A stretch of 64,000 bases of DNA, taken from assembly GCF_009914755.1 (NCBI RefSeq), contig NC_060938.1; one strand, 5' to 3'. The notes beneath the pieces are model-generated. The model saw nothing but the letters and a program-made list of their open reading frames with translations, was not told the origin of the DNA and searched no databases. A program made the position numbers and the translations under genes. This document shows positions 28,931-42,231 of this stretch, in pieces. Each line of letters begins with the position of its first letter. Position 1 is the first letter of the stretch. The DNA comes from the human T2T-CHM13v2.0 reference genome, Homo sapiens.

Positions 28931-29646
28931 ACATCTTTGCCCATGAGGTTCTCAGGAAGGGCTCTAGGGCTGGCATTGCCTGAGGGTTCTGCTTTGTCAC
29001 AGGCAGTTCCTGCCAGTGCTTTTCAGAGTGTCTGTGCCCAGCAGCAATGCCTGAAGGTGCCTACTGAACTTTGCCTTGGCATCAGGCACTTTCTGTGTGC
29101 TTGCTTCTGTGCTGCTCCACATTCTGGAGAATTTATTCAGATCTGTGCTGCAAATCCATTTCACTGATTCTCTCTTTAGCTATGTCTACATCAGCTGTTA
29201 AGCATCCCATGATGCAGCATTGTGGGCACAGGGCAAACTTTCAAAAGATGACAGTGTAGGATAGCGGCTGCTCCTCCTTCCCTGTACTCTTCCCACACTG
29301 TCCTCCTGGGCTCACTCCCAGCCATTGATCCTGAACACCAGTTTATGGAACTCTCTGCACAGGAAAGCAGAAACAGCAAAAGGCCCTGCTCAGGCTCTGC
29401 CCACATCCCCTCTTGCACACCTGCCAAAGCTCTTTCCTTGGGGCCTGTGCAAGCTTCCCAGCTGCTTCTCATTTTCTGTTTACTCTGCTCACTGGCCGGT
29501 GGGGTGATGTCTTGGGGAGAGTCTGGTGCATTTTGGGCATTGATGGACACCCCTAGGCCATAATTCCCAGACGCTCCCCCGGCCCCTCAGCCCCAGGAGT
29601 GGGTGCGTTTGCAGTAGGGCTTTAGGAATGGGGTTGTGTCACTGTG

Positions 29647-29674
29647 GGAATAGCAATCACCACCACAATATGCT
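29647..29674 (-). CDS. IGHD2-21: D2-21 AGCATATTGTGGTGGTGATTGCTATTCC (*01-like)
   Basis: cactgtg | cacagtg-12-acaaaatcc; two-Cys AYCGGDCYS. Confidence 0.97.
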
Positions 29675-32253
29675 CACAGTGACACGAGCCCCCACAAAAT
29701 CCTCCTGTCCCTACTGGTGTCACCGAGGTCCCTTTTGCTGGCTCTGGCCTGGCTCTCCTGCCGAGACTGTGCATTCCAGCGGGTTGTTGTCTGAAACTGA
29801 GCCTGTCTCAGAGAGGACTCTGAGCCCAGTGCTGTACAGGGGGCTCCTCCTTTGTCCTGGGGGAGTTGCGTGGACCCTGTTTTTGGTCAAGGGAAGTACT
29901 TGCTGGTGAAGGAGACCTCCCCTCCTCTCTTTCTCAGGAGCCCCCTCTGATGCTGTTGCCTAGTGTTTCTTGGGGCTGGTGCTGGGGGCTCAGCAGTGTC
30001 TGCCCTGTTCCAGGTGGGACTGTGGGTCTGTTCTGTTTCCACGGGGTGTTCTGGGGCTGCCAGTGAGGGGCTCGGGATGTTAGCGGCTGGTCTCTGTCCC
30101 TATGGTCTGGGCTTCGGCTCACTGCTCCCCTGCCCTCCAGGTCGGTCACTGACTCGGTTACTATCCAGCGACCTCCGTGGCTGTTCAGTGGTGGCTGCAG
30201 GTCTCTTCCCAGGAGAGGCCTGCGAGAGGGCTGGGCTGTCTGGGAGCCCTGCATTCTCCCGTGATGTTGCTGCCTGGATCCCTCGTCTTTAGAGGGAGTG
30301 CGGAGCCTCCCTGCATGTGCGGGCAGTGAGAGACACAGGCGGACGTGTGTCAAGGCACTGGAGGCCGATTTCTTTCAGTGCCTTCTGCCTGTGGAAGGGC
30401 TGAGCTCCCTGCTTCTGCGCACAGGAGGCTCCCGTGTAACTGGGCAGTGAGGGCAAGGGCCTGCATGGGGAAGACTTGGGTGAGCCTTTGTCCTGGAAAT
30501 ACCAGGACCGGGTCTGAGAGGGAGGGGAGCGGGGTCAGAGTGTCCAGGAGGAAGGTGATGGCATGGGCAGTGTGTTGGTGGGAGTGTAGGGTCAGTGCCA
30601 TGGCTCAAGGGCTCCAGGAGAGGAAGAACTCAAGTTGTGGGCAGGAGGGGTTAGGGGGTGGGCACAGGTAGGAAAACCTGAGGCTCTTGTGGCAGAAGAG
30701 TGGAGGGCCTGCAGGTGCAGAGTTGGCCTGGGAGGGGTGTTTAGAGGGAGGGACAGGGGTCTGGCTGCAGATCAGGGTGAGGACTGCAGGGTCACGTACC
30801 CAGGGTTGTTTGAGTGGGCGGCAAGTGCAGCAGGTAGAAAAGGCCCGAGGCAGGGTGGGGTCTCCCCAGCGTGTGGGCTGCAGGGAGGGGCTGCACAGGG
30901 TGTTCCCCAGAAGGAGGGAGCACAGAGGCACTGGGAGGGAATGGAGAGGGAAATGGCAGTGACCCTAGTGCCAGGCAGTCCCGGTTTGGGGTTGATCTGT
31001 GTGGGAACAGCTCCCTGGCCTGTGTGTAAGTGGTGGCAGCAAGGCAGGTCCCGCCCTGGGGTCTGGAGCTTATCTTCTTCCTGTGAGCTGTGTGTGGGTG
31101 GCTCCTGTGGGCTGTGCCCTGGACCTGTGGTCTGGTGGAGCCCAGGCTTCCCAGCAACGGCAGTGCTGTCTGGGCTGGAGCAGACTTAGATGCCAGGTCA
31201 GGGTGGCCCTGGGGCCACTGCCTCCAGCTGTGTCTAGTGCTGCAGGGATCTGGGCATGAGGCCCCTTCTCCCAGGAGGGGAGGCGCGTGAGTGAGACCCT
31301 AAGTCCATACCCCATGGGGGCTTGGCCCTCCTGCAGAGGGGCTGGGCAGTGGTAGGTGGCTGTGTGCAGATGGGGGGTGGGGGGTGGGGAGGTTAGCCCC
31401 TCCCAGACGCACCCTGCTCTGCTCCAGAGTGTGGGCTTGCCCACTGCAGGGTGGCTGGGCCTGGGCTTCCTGGTGTGCTTGTGGTGGCTGCATTCCCAGA
31501 GCAGGGACTGAGGTCCAGTGGGGTCCCGGGAGGAGTCTGAAGGGGGCTCCATGGAGGACCTGCCTTGGATGGCACCCCTATCTTGGGGAGGACCTGGGGT
31601 CCAGCTGGGAGGAAGTGGAGTGGCCACCTCCTGAGGGCCCTCTTGGGGCCACCTCGGCCTGGGGGCTCTGTGATTGGCCACCAGCCAGTAGTTCTTCCCT
31701 GCCCAGACCCCAAAGTCTGTGCTGCCCCAGGAAAGGAAGGAAGGGTCAGTGGCCTCATCAAAGTTGGGGCCCACAGTGGTGTCCCCTAAGACCGAGTCTG
31801 CTCCCAAGCGCTCGCCCTGCAGGAGGCCCTGAGTGAGGGACAGAGACGGGGCAGGGCCTTTGGTCCTGGTGGACTCTGGGGCGGATTCCAGTGGGGAGTT
31901 ATCACGGTTGGGGTCCCCCAGAGTGTTGGGGTGTCTCTGCTCCTGGAGTTGGCTCTGGATGTGGGGTTTGTGCCTGTGCTGCCTGGGGTTGTCTCTCTGA
32001 GGACACTTGTCAGAAGGGTCAACTCCAGCCAGAGGCAATGGGGCCACAGCAGAAGGATGTGATCAAGTCCCTGCCGCAAACCACCGGAGCCCCCAGCCCT
32101 TGTCCTCATTATCCAACGGGGACACCATGGGGCTCTGGGTGCTGGGGGTCATGGGAACCGGCAGGACATGGGTTCAGGGCGGCTGCTCCCCTCTCTGGCG
32201 GGGCCTCCGACTGCTGCCAGGAGTCAGTTTTGGACACAGTTTTTCTCACGGTG

Positions 32254-32270
32254 GTCGTTCCAGTTATACC
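32254..32270 (-). CDS. IGHD1-20: D1-20 GGTATAACTGGAACGAC
   Basis: cacggtg | cactgtg-12-tcagaatcc. Confidence 0.97.
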
Positions 32271-32761
32271 CACTGTGACTCGGGGCTGTTCAGAATCCGA
32301 CCAGGCGCCCTGAGCTCTGGGGCCTCCTGGGTGGGGGCGGGGGCTGGGCTGCTGGGCGGGGAGTGCTTAGGGGGCTCTGGAGGCTGGGGCTCGCTTTAGG
32401 TGTGGGGTGAGCACTGGGGGCCCCAGCTAGCGGAACACCCACAGAGACTGGGGCCTGCACACATTCCGCCCCAGTGTGTGGGGTGGGCCCAGGCCCGTCT
32501 GGGCAGGTCAGCCTCAATGGGGACGGTGCTCGGGTCCTGCCTGGCTCCTCCTTGGGGTAGAGGGGACCTATCGCCTGGCCCTGGACCCCCTCAGGCCGCC
32601 CCTATTCTTGAAGAAACGCAGGACGGTGGAGGGTGCCCTGGAGGGGAGACATCTGCTGCCCTGGGTGTCAGATGTGGCCTCAGATCCTAAACGTGTCCTC
32701 CCTGCTCTCTCTGCTTCCGCTGACTTGGGACCGGGTTTCTGGCCTGGCGAGTGTCACTGTG

Positions 32762-32782
32762 GTACCAGCCACTGCTATACCC
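32762..32782 (-). CDS. IGHD6-19: D6-19 GGGTATAGCAGTGGCTGGTAC
   Basis: cactgtg | cactgtg-12-tcagaaacc. Confidence 0.98.
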
Positions 32783-34608
32783 CACTGTGATACAGACAGC
32801 TTCAGAAACCTCCTCGTCTGTTTGGGAGCCTTCCCTTGCTGGGGTCAGCGCCCCTTGGTCTTGTCTGCCTTGACGGAGCATCCCTCAACCCTGGTTTTGG
32901 GGGGCCTGCCCCTCTGTCTGGTGTCTGGAGTGGGGTCCGAGACAGAGGCCAGCTGCCTCACAGCCCGGAGACAGGTGTTCCTCCCATGGTGGGTCCCGGT
33001 GGGCCTGGATGGAGCTGAGGTCTGTGCCTGTATCGGGGACCCCATATCCTGCTCTTTCATGGCTCTGAGCTCCCCCTGGCAGGACTTCTTCGGGGTGCTG
33101 GGTCTGTCCTCTGTGGGAGGGGCTGCTACCCAGGCCCAGGACTGCAGTGGAGGGCTCACTGAGGGGCTTTTGGGTCTGGCCTGAGCCACTGTGGGGATAT
33201 TCCACTGTGAGAGGGTCCCGCACAGATTCTCCCATCCTGCTTCTCCTCCCAGAGCCTGGAGGGGATGGGATCCAGGGGTCCCAGAGGAGGATCCTGGACC
33301 CAGGGGAGGGGGGCCTCTTCACTGACCTCCCCTCCCTCCATCCTTCCCTCCCCGAAGCTGCCCTGGCAGCCCCCCTGCACCCCAGCCTTTGTCTGCACTG
33401 GCTTTGCTGGCTCTGGTGTAGGTAGGACTCAGGATGGTGTGGAAGACGTGCAGCCAGGGTGGAGAGGAGGTGGGCAGGTCAGTGGGTGAAGGGGGAGGCT
33501 CACCGAAGATGGAGGAGCACCCGCAGGGCCCTGAGCCCTCCCCCACACCGTCCCTGGTCCTTCCCCGCAGCCTGCCACGGTGGGAGCCCCAGGCAGGGTG
33601 GACCATACCCTCTAGGAGGCTGGCACTTCCCTGGGTTCACGAAGACGGAGCCTCCTGCCCGGTGGTGCAGTGGCCCCGCTTCCTCCCTCAGCCCTTCCTG
33701 ATGGCTTCCTGGGGATACCAGATTCCCATGGGGTGATGAGAGGAGAGCAGAGGGGAGGAGGGGCAGGGCTGGGTCCTGGGTAAGGGGGTGCTCGGGCTGG
33801 GGTCCCTGGAGAGAAGTTCTGGGTTCCTGGGGGCCAATTAGGCAGGTGTCCTTTCTGTCCACACCCCAAGGGTCCCGGCAGGAGCCAGGTGGGGGAACCA
33901 TAAGGAGAGGGCCTGTGTCCTGTCCCCCCAAGTCCTCTAGACAGGGTGGGGGCTGAGGGGTCCGCCCCAGGGCCGGGCCAGGCAGCGACTCTGATGTGGG
34001 GCCCTGGTTTTCGTGGACTGGCCTGGGGGGTGCGGGGTACAGAGCAGGAGGGGGCGGACTCTGTTGGGGGATGGCGCAGTCATCCCTGTGTTCAGGCCAT
34101 TTCCTACCTTGGTCACCTGCAGTGAACCCTGGCAAGGAGGAGGGGGTGGCCTCCCAGTCTGCAGCCGGCCTGGGATCTGCTCTCGCCCTGGAACTGGGGA
34201 CGGAGCCATTCTGGAGGTCAGCAGCCTCCTAGGACTGCAGGAGATCAGGCCAGCCCCTAGCAGGGGAGGCCGTGGGGATTTTGGCAAGGACTGCGTTGTT
34301 TGGGAGCCAGTGCCCCACTAGGCACAGTGACAGACACCCCAGCAGTATGTACTGTCCCCCGCCAGGCTGCCCACCCTATCTTAGCCGCGGCATGTGAGGT
34401 TGCCCATCCATTGGCCTTCCGTGCAGGCATGAGGCCCTGGGATGTTGAGAACAGACCTCCCACTGAGGGAACCCTCCCCACAGAGGGCAGAGTGCAGACA
34501 ACAGTGACCTTGAGAGCCCCAGGAGAAGCAGGTGAGCTGGAGGCCTGGGGCTGCACGGCAGGGGCCTGTCTACTTGGCCTGGTTGCTGCTATGGGCGGCA
34601 CCACTGTG

Positions 34609-34631
34609 GTAATCGTAGCCACTATATTCAC
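34609..34631 (-). CDS. IGHD5-18: D5-18 slot carrying D5-12-like GTGAATATAGTGGCTACGATTAC (recalled as *02)
   Basis: Position between D6-19 and D4-17; cactgtg | cacagtc-12-acgataacc. Confidence 0.92.
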
Positions 34632-35576
34632 CACAGTCTGACACCCCCTGACGATAACCACACCTGGAACTGGAGGCGGGGCTGTCAGGAGGAGCTTCCC
34701 AGGGAACAGGGAGGGTCCAGACAGCTGTGCCAGGAGCCCACAGGGCTAGAGAGCCTGGGGGCTGCTCAGGGACCAGACATGCACAGTGTCCCCCTGGAGA
34801 GGCCTCTGCAGCCTCCTGGGCTCTGGGACGGGCCTCTGGTCAGCAGGAGGCTGGGTGCTCCCCGGCATGTGCTCTCCTGCCCTCACTGGTGAGCTCCTAT
34901 GTGGCCCAGTGTGGGCCCAGCTCCAGCGTCCACTCCTGTCGGCCTGGCCGAGGGTCCCGGCAGAACTGCGCATGGCTCCTTCTTAGATCCCTCGGGGAGT
35001 CTCTCTACAGCTGTACCTGGCGCTGGGGGCTCCACGAATGGTCTTTTCCAGGTGGGGACGACAATGGCAGGTGTTTCTCTAGTGGCAGGTGAGGGGAACT
35101 GTCCAGGGCCTGGCCCTGCGGAACACAGCGGCCTCTCAGAGGAGGGTGTGCGGGAGTCCTGCCTGTTGGGAGCCTGGCGGATGCTGCCCTCTTGATTCCA
35201 GCCAGGATGGGAATCCAGGCAATTGGCAGGAGGTGCTGGAACGAGGCTGGTGTCTACAGCAATTCTGGGCCCCAGGAATTGGCTGTTGGAACTGGGGCAG
35301 CTGTTGGGACAGGGTTCGGTGTAGCTGGCGGGGAAGGGGCCAGGGCACCTGTGGTCATGAGTGAAGTCACCTCAGAGCCCTCTGAAGCCCCTGTTTGGAG
35401 CAGATGGCATGTGGGGCACCAGCCCATCTACTGTGATGGCCAAGGTGTCCCTAGAGGCCGAGGGTCTGGCTACAAACCCTCAGACCTGACTCCTCTGGTC
35501 CTGGGAGCTCCAAGCTGAGAAGTGTGCATGGTCCCTGGGTGTCCGGCCAGTTTTTGCTGCTAGTTTCATCACTGTG

Positions 35577-35592
35577 GTAGTCACCGTAGTCA
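35577..35592 (-). CDS. IGHD4-17: D4-17 TGACTACGGTGACTAC
   Basis: cactgtg | cacagta-12-acaaaaagc. Confidence 0.97.
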
Positions 35593-36702
35593 CACAGTAG
35601 GAGGGGCCTTCACAAAAAGCCCCTGAGTGTGCCCAGCGGCCTTTCCCACGCAGGCCCTGGTCCAGGCGTCTGGGGCCCCCATTGACAGTGGTGCTGCGTC
35701 CTGGGGATCTCAGGCCTTTCTGAATCTTCCCCGCCTGCCATCGAGGGCAGGTGGGTCTGACTCACCCTCCCGGGCTCCTGTCCCCTCCAGGAGGGGGCTG
35801 AGGTGATGTCTGGCTGGAGGGTATGCAGGAGTCAAGCCTCCTGTATTTTTAGCCCTGGGGCAGGTGCAGGGGGTGGGACGCCTTTTAGGGGTCTGGGAAG
35901 GGCTGGGTTGTGGGGCTGTCCCCATGGGCCATCTTGTGTTCTGGGGGCCGTCCTGATCCAGATGTGGGTGCCTGCTGTGATGCGACCGAGGAATGTCCTG
36001 GGAGAAGGTGCCCACTGGGGAGTGAGACAGGGATTTCTGGAAGGTTCTTTGTCTCTGACTGTGTGAGGTGAGTCCTCTGTTGGCTTCCCTGGTGAGGTCT
36101 GGAAACAAGCAGGACTCAGGACGGCCGGGCAGGATGAGCGATGCCCAGCTCCGGCTGTCCCCGGGAATGTCTTCTATCTTAGAAATGACTCAGAAGAGGC
36201 TCAGGTGTCAGGGCCAGGCAGGCGAGGGACCACGGGTGCAGGGACAGTGCACAGGGCCAGCCCTGCCCTTCTGCTGCCCCTACTCTGACATGGGGTGCTC
36301 TCAGGGTTCACACATGTGGCTCAGCCTTGAGGGAGGGGCTTCTGGGACCACTGGGTGGACAGCAGGAGATGGTAATGTGGGGTTGGCCTTGTCCCCATCT
36401 GGGCTGGTGTTAGAGGGCAGCAGCGATGCAGACCCCACGGAGCCATGTCTGGCTGAACTGTGGGGTGACCTTGGCCATCTGTTTCATGGTCTCCGGGGCT
36501 GGCGGGCTGGAGCCCAGCATGGTCACTCACAGGCCTGTCCATTGTGCCTGCTGCCCTGTGTGTTTGGGTCATGGGCTGCACTGCTGCGGTAGCCACCATA
36601 CCCATGGCGCTGTGTCCTCGATCAAAATCGTAACATGGCACGCGGCGGTCCCCTGCGGGGAGGGCTGTGGCATGGGTTTCTGATGGACCGTGTGATGCTG
36701 TG

Positions 36703-36739
36703 GGTATAACGATAACTCCCCCAAATGTAATCATAATAC
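36703..36739 (-). CDS. IGHD3-16: D3-16 GTATTATGATTACATTTGGGGGAGTTATCGTTATACC (*03-like)
   Basis: tgctgtg | cacagtg-12-cttcaaacc. Confidence 0.97.
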
Positions 36740-37174
36740 CACAGTGACACAGACCTCACTTCAAACCTACCATCTGGCCTGGGGAAACCCGGGATGTCCA
36801 GGGCTGACCTGAGGAAGCAGCAGGGCCCCTAGGGAAGGCTGTGGGCCCAGCGCTCTCAGGTCTGCTGCAGGAACACTCGGGTCTGTCCCTCGCTTATGTG
36901 GATAGTGTCCGTGCCCACCTGTGTCCTGAGGCTCCACCTCAGGCTGGCATCTGTCCCTATGTCCCTACCCACCCCATGGCCATGTCCTTTCGGGTTCATA
37001 AATTGCCCCCAAATCACACAGGCATCATTCTGGGGCTTTTTATATTCCCAGGGCCACCAGATGCCTCCACCCAGAAAGGTCAGATGTGGGAGAGTTCCAG
37101 AGTCATTCCCCAACCCTGGATGAGCTTCTGCAGCCTCAGTGCTACTCAGGTTCCAGCAAGACCTGGAGCAGGTG

Positions 37175-37290
37175 CAGGTGAGGCCGGAGGCCAGGTGAGG
37201 TCCAGGTCAGGTGAAGCCCAGGCCAGGTGAGGTCCAGGTCAGGTGAGGCCCAGGCCAGGTGAGGTCCAGGCCAGGTGAGGTCCAGGTCAG
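37175..37290. repeat. 16-bp CAGGTGAG minisatellite, ~7 copies
   Basis: Paralogue of the 27642 array. Confidence 0.93.
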
Positions 37291-39025
37291 GAGAGGCTGA
37301 GGTGGATGTGTGAGGCTTCTGCAGTTTTCTCTGGGTGCTCACCCTGCCTGGTGTCCCTGCCCCTCCTCTCAGCACCCACTCTGTGCCTGCAAGGTGGTGG
37401 CCCGTACACAGGTGCTGGTGGCTGTGGAGGAGCTGGGCTCTGCCTCCCTGTGCGTGGGCGTCCCTCTCGGGCTCTGCCTGGGCAGTGTGGCTGAGCTGCT
37501 TCTCTCTGGAATTCACTGACTGTGCCATCCTTGGGGGTATACAGCCCTGCGCTTGCTCCACATCAGGCCCCAGGAGCTGCCAGCATGTACCAGCCTGCCC
37601 TGCCACACAGTGTGCCTGCAACCTGTCCGGGGATCCCAGGGAGGTGAGTGCCACCACACATCAGGCCTTTTCTCTTTAAAGTCATTTCTTTGGGGATACA
37701 TCATCGATGTCTCATATACTAAATGTATGTCTGTATCATTGTGCAATTGCCTGTGTCATCATTTATTTACCCAACCTGGGTTAATGTCTTTGCTATTATG
37801 AATAGTGCTGGACTGAGAATTTTCTAAACACAGCTGTGTGCATTTTCCTCTTCTTGCGATTTAGAAGTTTAACTGCTGTTTTCAAGATACTGTAATGTAT
37901 TCATTCTGTGCTTGCTTGGAGACTTGCCAACCCTGTGTGTCTCAGTTCATACCCTCTTCCTTCCCCAGTAGAAGTAACCACCACTGTGTTTATGTGATCA
38001 TCGTTTTCTTAATTTTCCTTGTAGTTTTTCCAGGGGAAAGTTTATCCCTTAAGAAGACAGTTCATTTTGCCTGGTGTAAATTTTATTTAGAAGAAATCAC
38101 ATTAAAAGTATTTTTTGGGCTTTCCTCTGTTACTCCAATTACTCAGCATTGTCATGAACTCAACCGCAAAGCCGCCTGTAGCCCTCTACTGTTGTCCCCT
38201 GGCTGTCTGGGTTTGCATTGCATGAACCTACCATTGCTTATTTGACTGTTCTTCAGATGGACGTTTGCTCTGTTCTCAGTTTGAGTCTATGATAATCAGC
38301 TGTTCTGCACGTCTTTCCCCATGACACTCTCAGGGAGGGCTCTGGGGCTGGCATTGCCTGAGGGTTCTGCTTTGTCGCAGGGAGATCCTGCCAGGGCTTT
38401 TCAGAGTGTCTGTGCCCAGCAGCAATGCCCGAAGGTGCCCACTGAACTTTGTCCTTGCATCAGGCCCTTTCTGTGTGTTTGCTTCTGTACTGCTCCACAT
38501 TCTGGAGAGTTTATTCAGATCTATGCTGCAAATTCATCTCACTGATTCTCTCTTTAGCTGTGTCTACATCAGCTCTTAAGCATCCCATGATGCAATAGTG
38601 TGGTCACAAGGCAAACTTTTGAAAGATGACAGTGTAGGATAGCGGCTGCTCCTCCTTCCCTGTGCTCTTCCCACAGACTGCCCTCCTGGGCTCACTCCCA
38701 GCCACTGATCTTGAACACCAGTTTATGGAACTCTCTGCACAGGAAAGCAGAAACAGCAAAAGGCCCTGCTCAGGCTCTGCCTGCATCCCCTCTTGCACAC
38801 CCGCCAAAGCTCTTTCCTTGGGGCCTGTGCAAGCTTCCCAGAGCCTCTCATTTTCTGTTTACCCTGCTCGCTGGCTGGTGGGGTGGTGTTTGGCGGGGAG
38901 TCTGGTGCATTTTGGACATTGATAGACACCCCTGGACCCTACTTCCCAGACGCTCCCCCAGCCCCTCAGCCCCAGGAGTGGGTGTGTTTGCAGTAGGGCT
39001 TTGGGAATGGGTCTGTGTCACTGTG

Positions 39026-39056
39026 GGAGTAGCAGCTACCACCACTACAATATCCT
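39026..39056 (-). CDS. IGHD2-15: D2-15 AGGATATTGTAGTGGTGGTAGCTGCTACTCC
   Basis: cactgtg | cacagtg-12-acaaaatcc; GYCSGGSCYS. Confidence 0.98.
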
Positions 39057-41706
39057 CACAGTGACACGAGCCCCCACAAAATCCTCCTGTCCCTACTGGT
39101 GTCACCGAGGTCCCTTTTGCTGGCTTTGGTCTGTTCTCCTGCTGAGACTGTGCATTCCAGCGGGTTGTTGTCTGAAACTCAGGGTGTCTCAGAGAGGACT
39201 CTGAGCCCAGTGCTGTATAGGGGGCTCCTCCTTTGTCCTGGGGGAGTTGCGTGGACCCTGTTTTTGGTCAAGGGAAGCATTTGATGGTGAAGGAGATCTC
39301 CCCTCCTCTCTTTCTCGGGAGCCCCCTCTGATACTGTTGCCTGGTGTTTCTTGGGGCTGGTGCTGGGGGCTCAGCAGTCTCTGCCCTGTTCCAGGTGGGG
39401 CTGTGGGTGTGTTATGTTTCCTAGGTGTGTTATGGGGCCACCATTGAGGAGCTCGGGATGTCAGCGGCTGGTCTCTGTCCCTATGGTATGGGCTCCGGCT
39501 CACTGCTCCCCTGCCTTCCAGGTCGGTCATTGACTCAGTTACTATCCAGCAGCCTCTGTGGCTGTTTGGTGGTGGCTGCAGGTCTCTTCCCAGGAGAGGC
39601 CTGTGAGAGGACTGGGATGTCTGGGAGCCCTGCATTCTCCCGTGATGCTGCTGCCTGGATCCCTTGTCTTTAGAGGGAGTGCGGAGCCTCCCTGCAGGTG
39701 CGGGCAGTGAGAGACACGGGGGGACGTGTGTCAAGGTGCTGGAGGCCGATTTCTTTCAGTGCCTTCTGCCTGTGGAAGGGCTGAGCTCCCTGCTTCTGTG
39801 CACAGGAGGCTCCCGTGTAACCGGGAAGTGAGGGCAAGAGCCCAGGCCTGCCTGGGAAAGACTTGGGTGAGCCTTTGTCCTGGAAATACCAGGGCTTGGC
39901 CTGAGAGGGGGCGGGGTCGGAGTGGCCAGGAGGAAGGTGAGGGCATGGGCTGTGGGTGGTGGGAGGGCAGGGTCAATGCCATGGCTCAGGGGCTCCAGGA
40001 GAAGAAGAGTTAGAGTTGTGGGCAGGAGGAGGTAGGGTGTGGGCACAGGGGGGAGAAACTGAGGCTCTAGCGACAGAAGAGGACAGGGCCTGCAGGTGCA
40101 GGGTTGGCCTGGGAGGGGTGTCTGGAGTGATACACAGGGGTCTGGGTGGAGACCAGGGTAGGGACTGCAGGGACAGGACCCCAGAGTTTTCTGGGTGGGC
40201 AGTAAGAGCAGCAGGGTTGGAAGGGCCCCAGGCAGGGTTGGGTCTCCCCAGGGTGTGGGCTGCAGGGACTGGCTGCACAGGCTGTTCCCCCGAAGGAGGA
40301 ACCAGGGAGGACAGAGGCGCTGGGAGCAAATGGAGAAGGAAATGGCAGCCACCTGAGTGCCAGGCGGTCCTGGTTTGGGGTTGTTCTGTGTGGGAACAGC
40401 TTCCTGGCCTGTGTGTAAGTGGACGGGGGAGGGCGCCCAGGTCTGGGGCAGGAAGCAGTAGCAGGAAGGCAGGTTCTGGCCCTGGGGGTCTGGAGCTTAT
40501 CTTCTTCCTGTGAGCTGTGTGTGGGTGGCTCCTGCACCCGGTGCCCTGGACCTGTGGTCTGGTGGAGCCCAGGCCTCCCAGGGACAGCAGGGCAGCCTGG
40601 GCTGCAGGAACCTCAGGGACCAGGTCAGGGTGGCCCTCGGGCCTCTGCCTCCACTTGCGACAGGCGCTGCTGTGGGAACCTGGGCTTGAGGCCCCTTCAC
40701 TCATGATGGGAGCCACGTGAGTGAGACCCTAAGTCCATACCCCATGTGGGTCTCTGACCCTCCTGCAGAGCCGCTGGGCAGGGGTGGGTGGGGTGTGCAG
40801 GTGGGGGTGGGGTGGGGAGCTCAGCCCCTCCCAGAGGCACCCTGCTCTGCTCCAGAGTGTGTGCTTGGGCACTGCAGGGTGGCTGGGCCTGGGCTGCCTG
40901 GTGTGCTTGTGGTGGCTTCATCCCCAGAGCTGGGACTGAGGCCCAGTGGGGTCCAGGGAGGAGTCTGAATGGGGCTCCAAGGAGCACCTGCCTTGGATGG
41001 CACCCTTATCTTGGGGAGGACATGGGGTCCAGCTGGGAGGAAGGGGAGTGGCCACCTCCTGGAGGTCTTTCCAGGGCCACCTCAGCCTGTGGCCTCTGTG
41101 CTTGGCGACCTGCCAGAAGTTCCTCCTGGCCCAGACCCCAAAGTCTGTGCTGCCCCAGGAAAGGAAGGAAAGGTCTGCGTCCTGGTCAAGGTCGGGGTCA
41201 CACTGGTGTCCCCTAAGCCCAAGTCTGCTCCCAAGGCCTCGCCCGGCAGCAGGTCCTGAGTGAGGGACAGAGGCAGAGGCAGGGTCTTTGGTCCTGGTGG
41301 ACTCTACGGCGAATTCCAGTGGGAAGTCATCAGGGTCGGGGTCCCCCAGGGTATTGGGGTGTCTCTGCTCCTGGAGTTAGCTCTGGATGTGGGGTTTGTG
41401 CCTGTGCTGCCTGGGGTTGATGTTGGGAGGCGCCGGTGATGCCTGTCTCTCTGAGGACACTTGTCAGAAGGGTCAACTCCAGCCAGGGGCACTGGAGCCA
41501 CGGCAGAAGGATGCGATCAAGCCCCTGCCCCGACCCGCCGGAATCCCCAGCTCTTGTCCTCCCATCCAGTGGGGACACTGTGGGGCTCCGCGTGCTGGGG
41601 GTCATGGGAGCCGGCAGGACATGGGATCAGAGTGGCTGCTGCCCTCTCTGGCGGGGCCTCCGGCAGTGGCCACTGGACAGTTTTTGACGTAGCTATTCTG
41701 ACAGTG

Positions 41707-41723
41707 GTGGTTCCGGTTATACC
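41707..41723 (-). CDS. IGHD1-14: D1-14 GGTATAACCGGAACCAC (ORF class, defective RSS)
   Basis: gacagtg | cgctgtg-12-tcggaatcc. Confidence 0.95.
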
Positions 41724-42210
41724 CGCTGTGACTCGGGGCTGTTCGGAATCCGACGGGGCGCCCTGAGCTCTGGGGCCTCCTGGGTGGGGGCTGGGCTTGT
41801 GGGCGGGGTCTCCTGCGGGGGCTCCGGAGGCTGTGGCTCATTTTAGGTGTGGGGTGAGCACTGTGAGCCCCAGCTAGCGGAACACCCACAGAGACCGAGG
41901 CCTGCACACATTCCGCCCCGGTGTGTGGGGTGGGCCCAGGACTCTCTGGGCAGGTCAGCCTCAATGGGGAGAGTGCTCGGGACCTGCCTAACTCCTCCTT
42001 GGTGTACAGGGGACCCATCTCCTCACCCTAGACCCCCCCTCAGGCCACCCCTGATCTTGCAGAAATGCAGGACAGGGTGGGGTGCCCTGGAGGGGAGACG
42101 TCTGCTGGCCTGGGTGTCAGGTGCAGTCTCAGATCCTAAACGTGTCCTCCCTGCTCTCTCTGCTTCCGCTGACTTGGAATGGGGTTTCTGGCTGGGTGAG
42201 TGTCACTGTG

Positions 42211-42231
42211 GTACCAGCTGCTGCTATACCC
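42211..42231 (-). CDS. IGHD6-13: D6-13 GGGTATAGCAGCAGCTGGTAC
   Basis: cactgtg | cactgtg-12-tcagaaacc. Confidence 0.98.
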
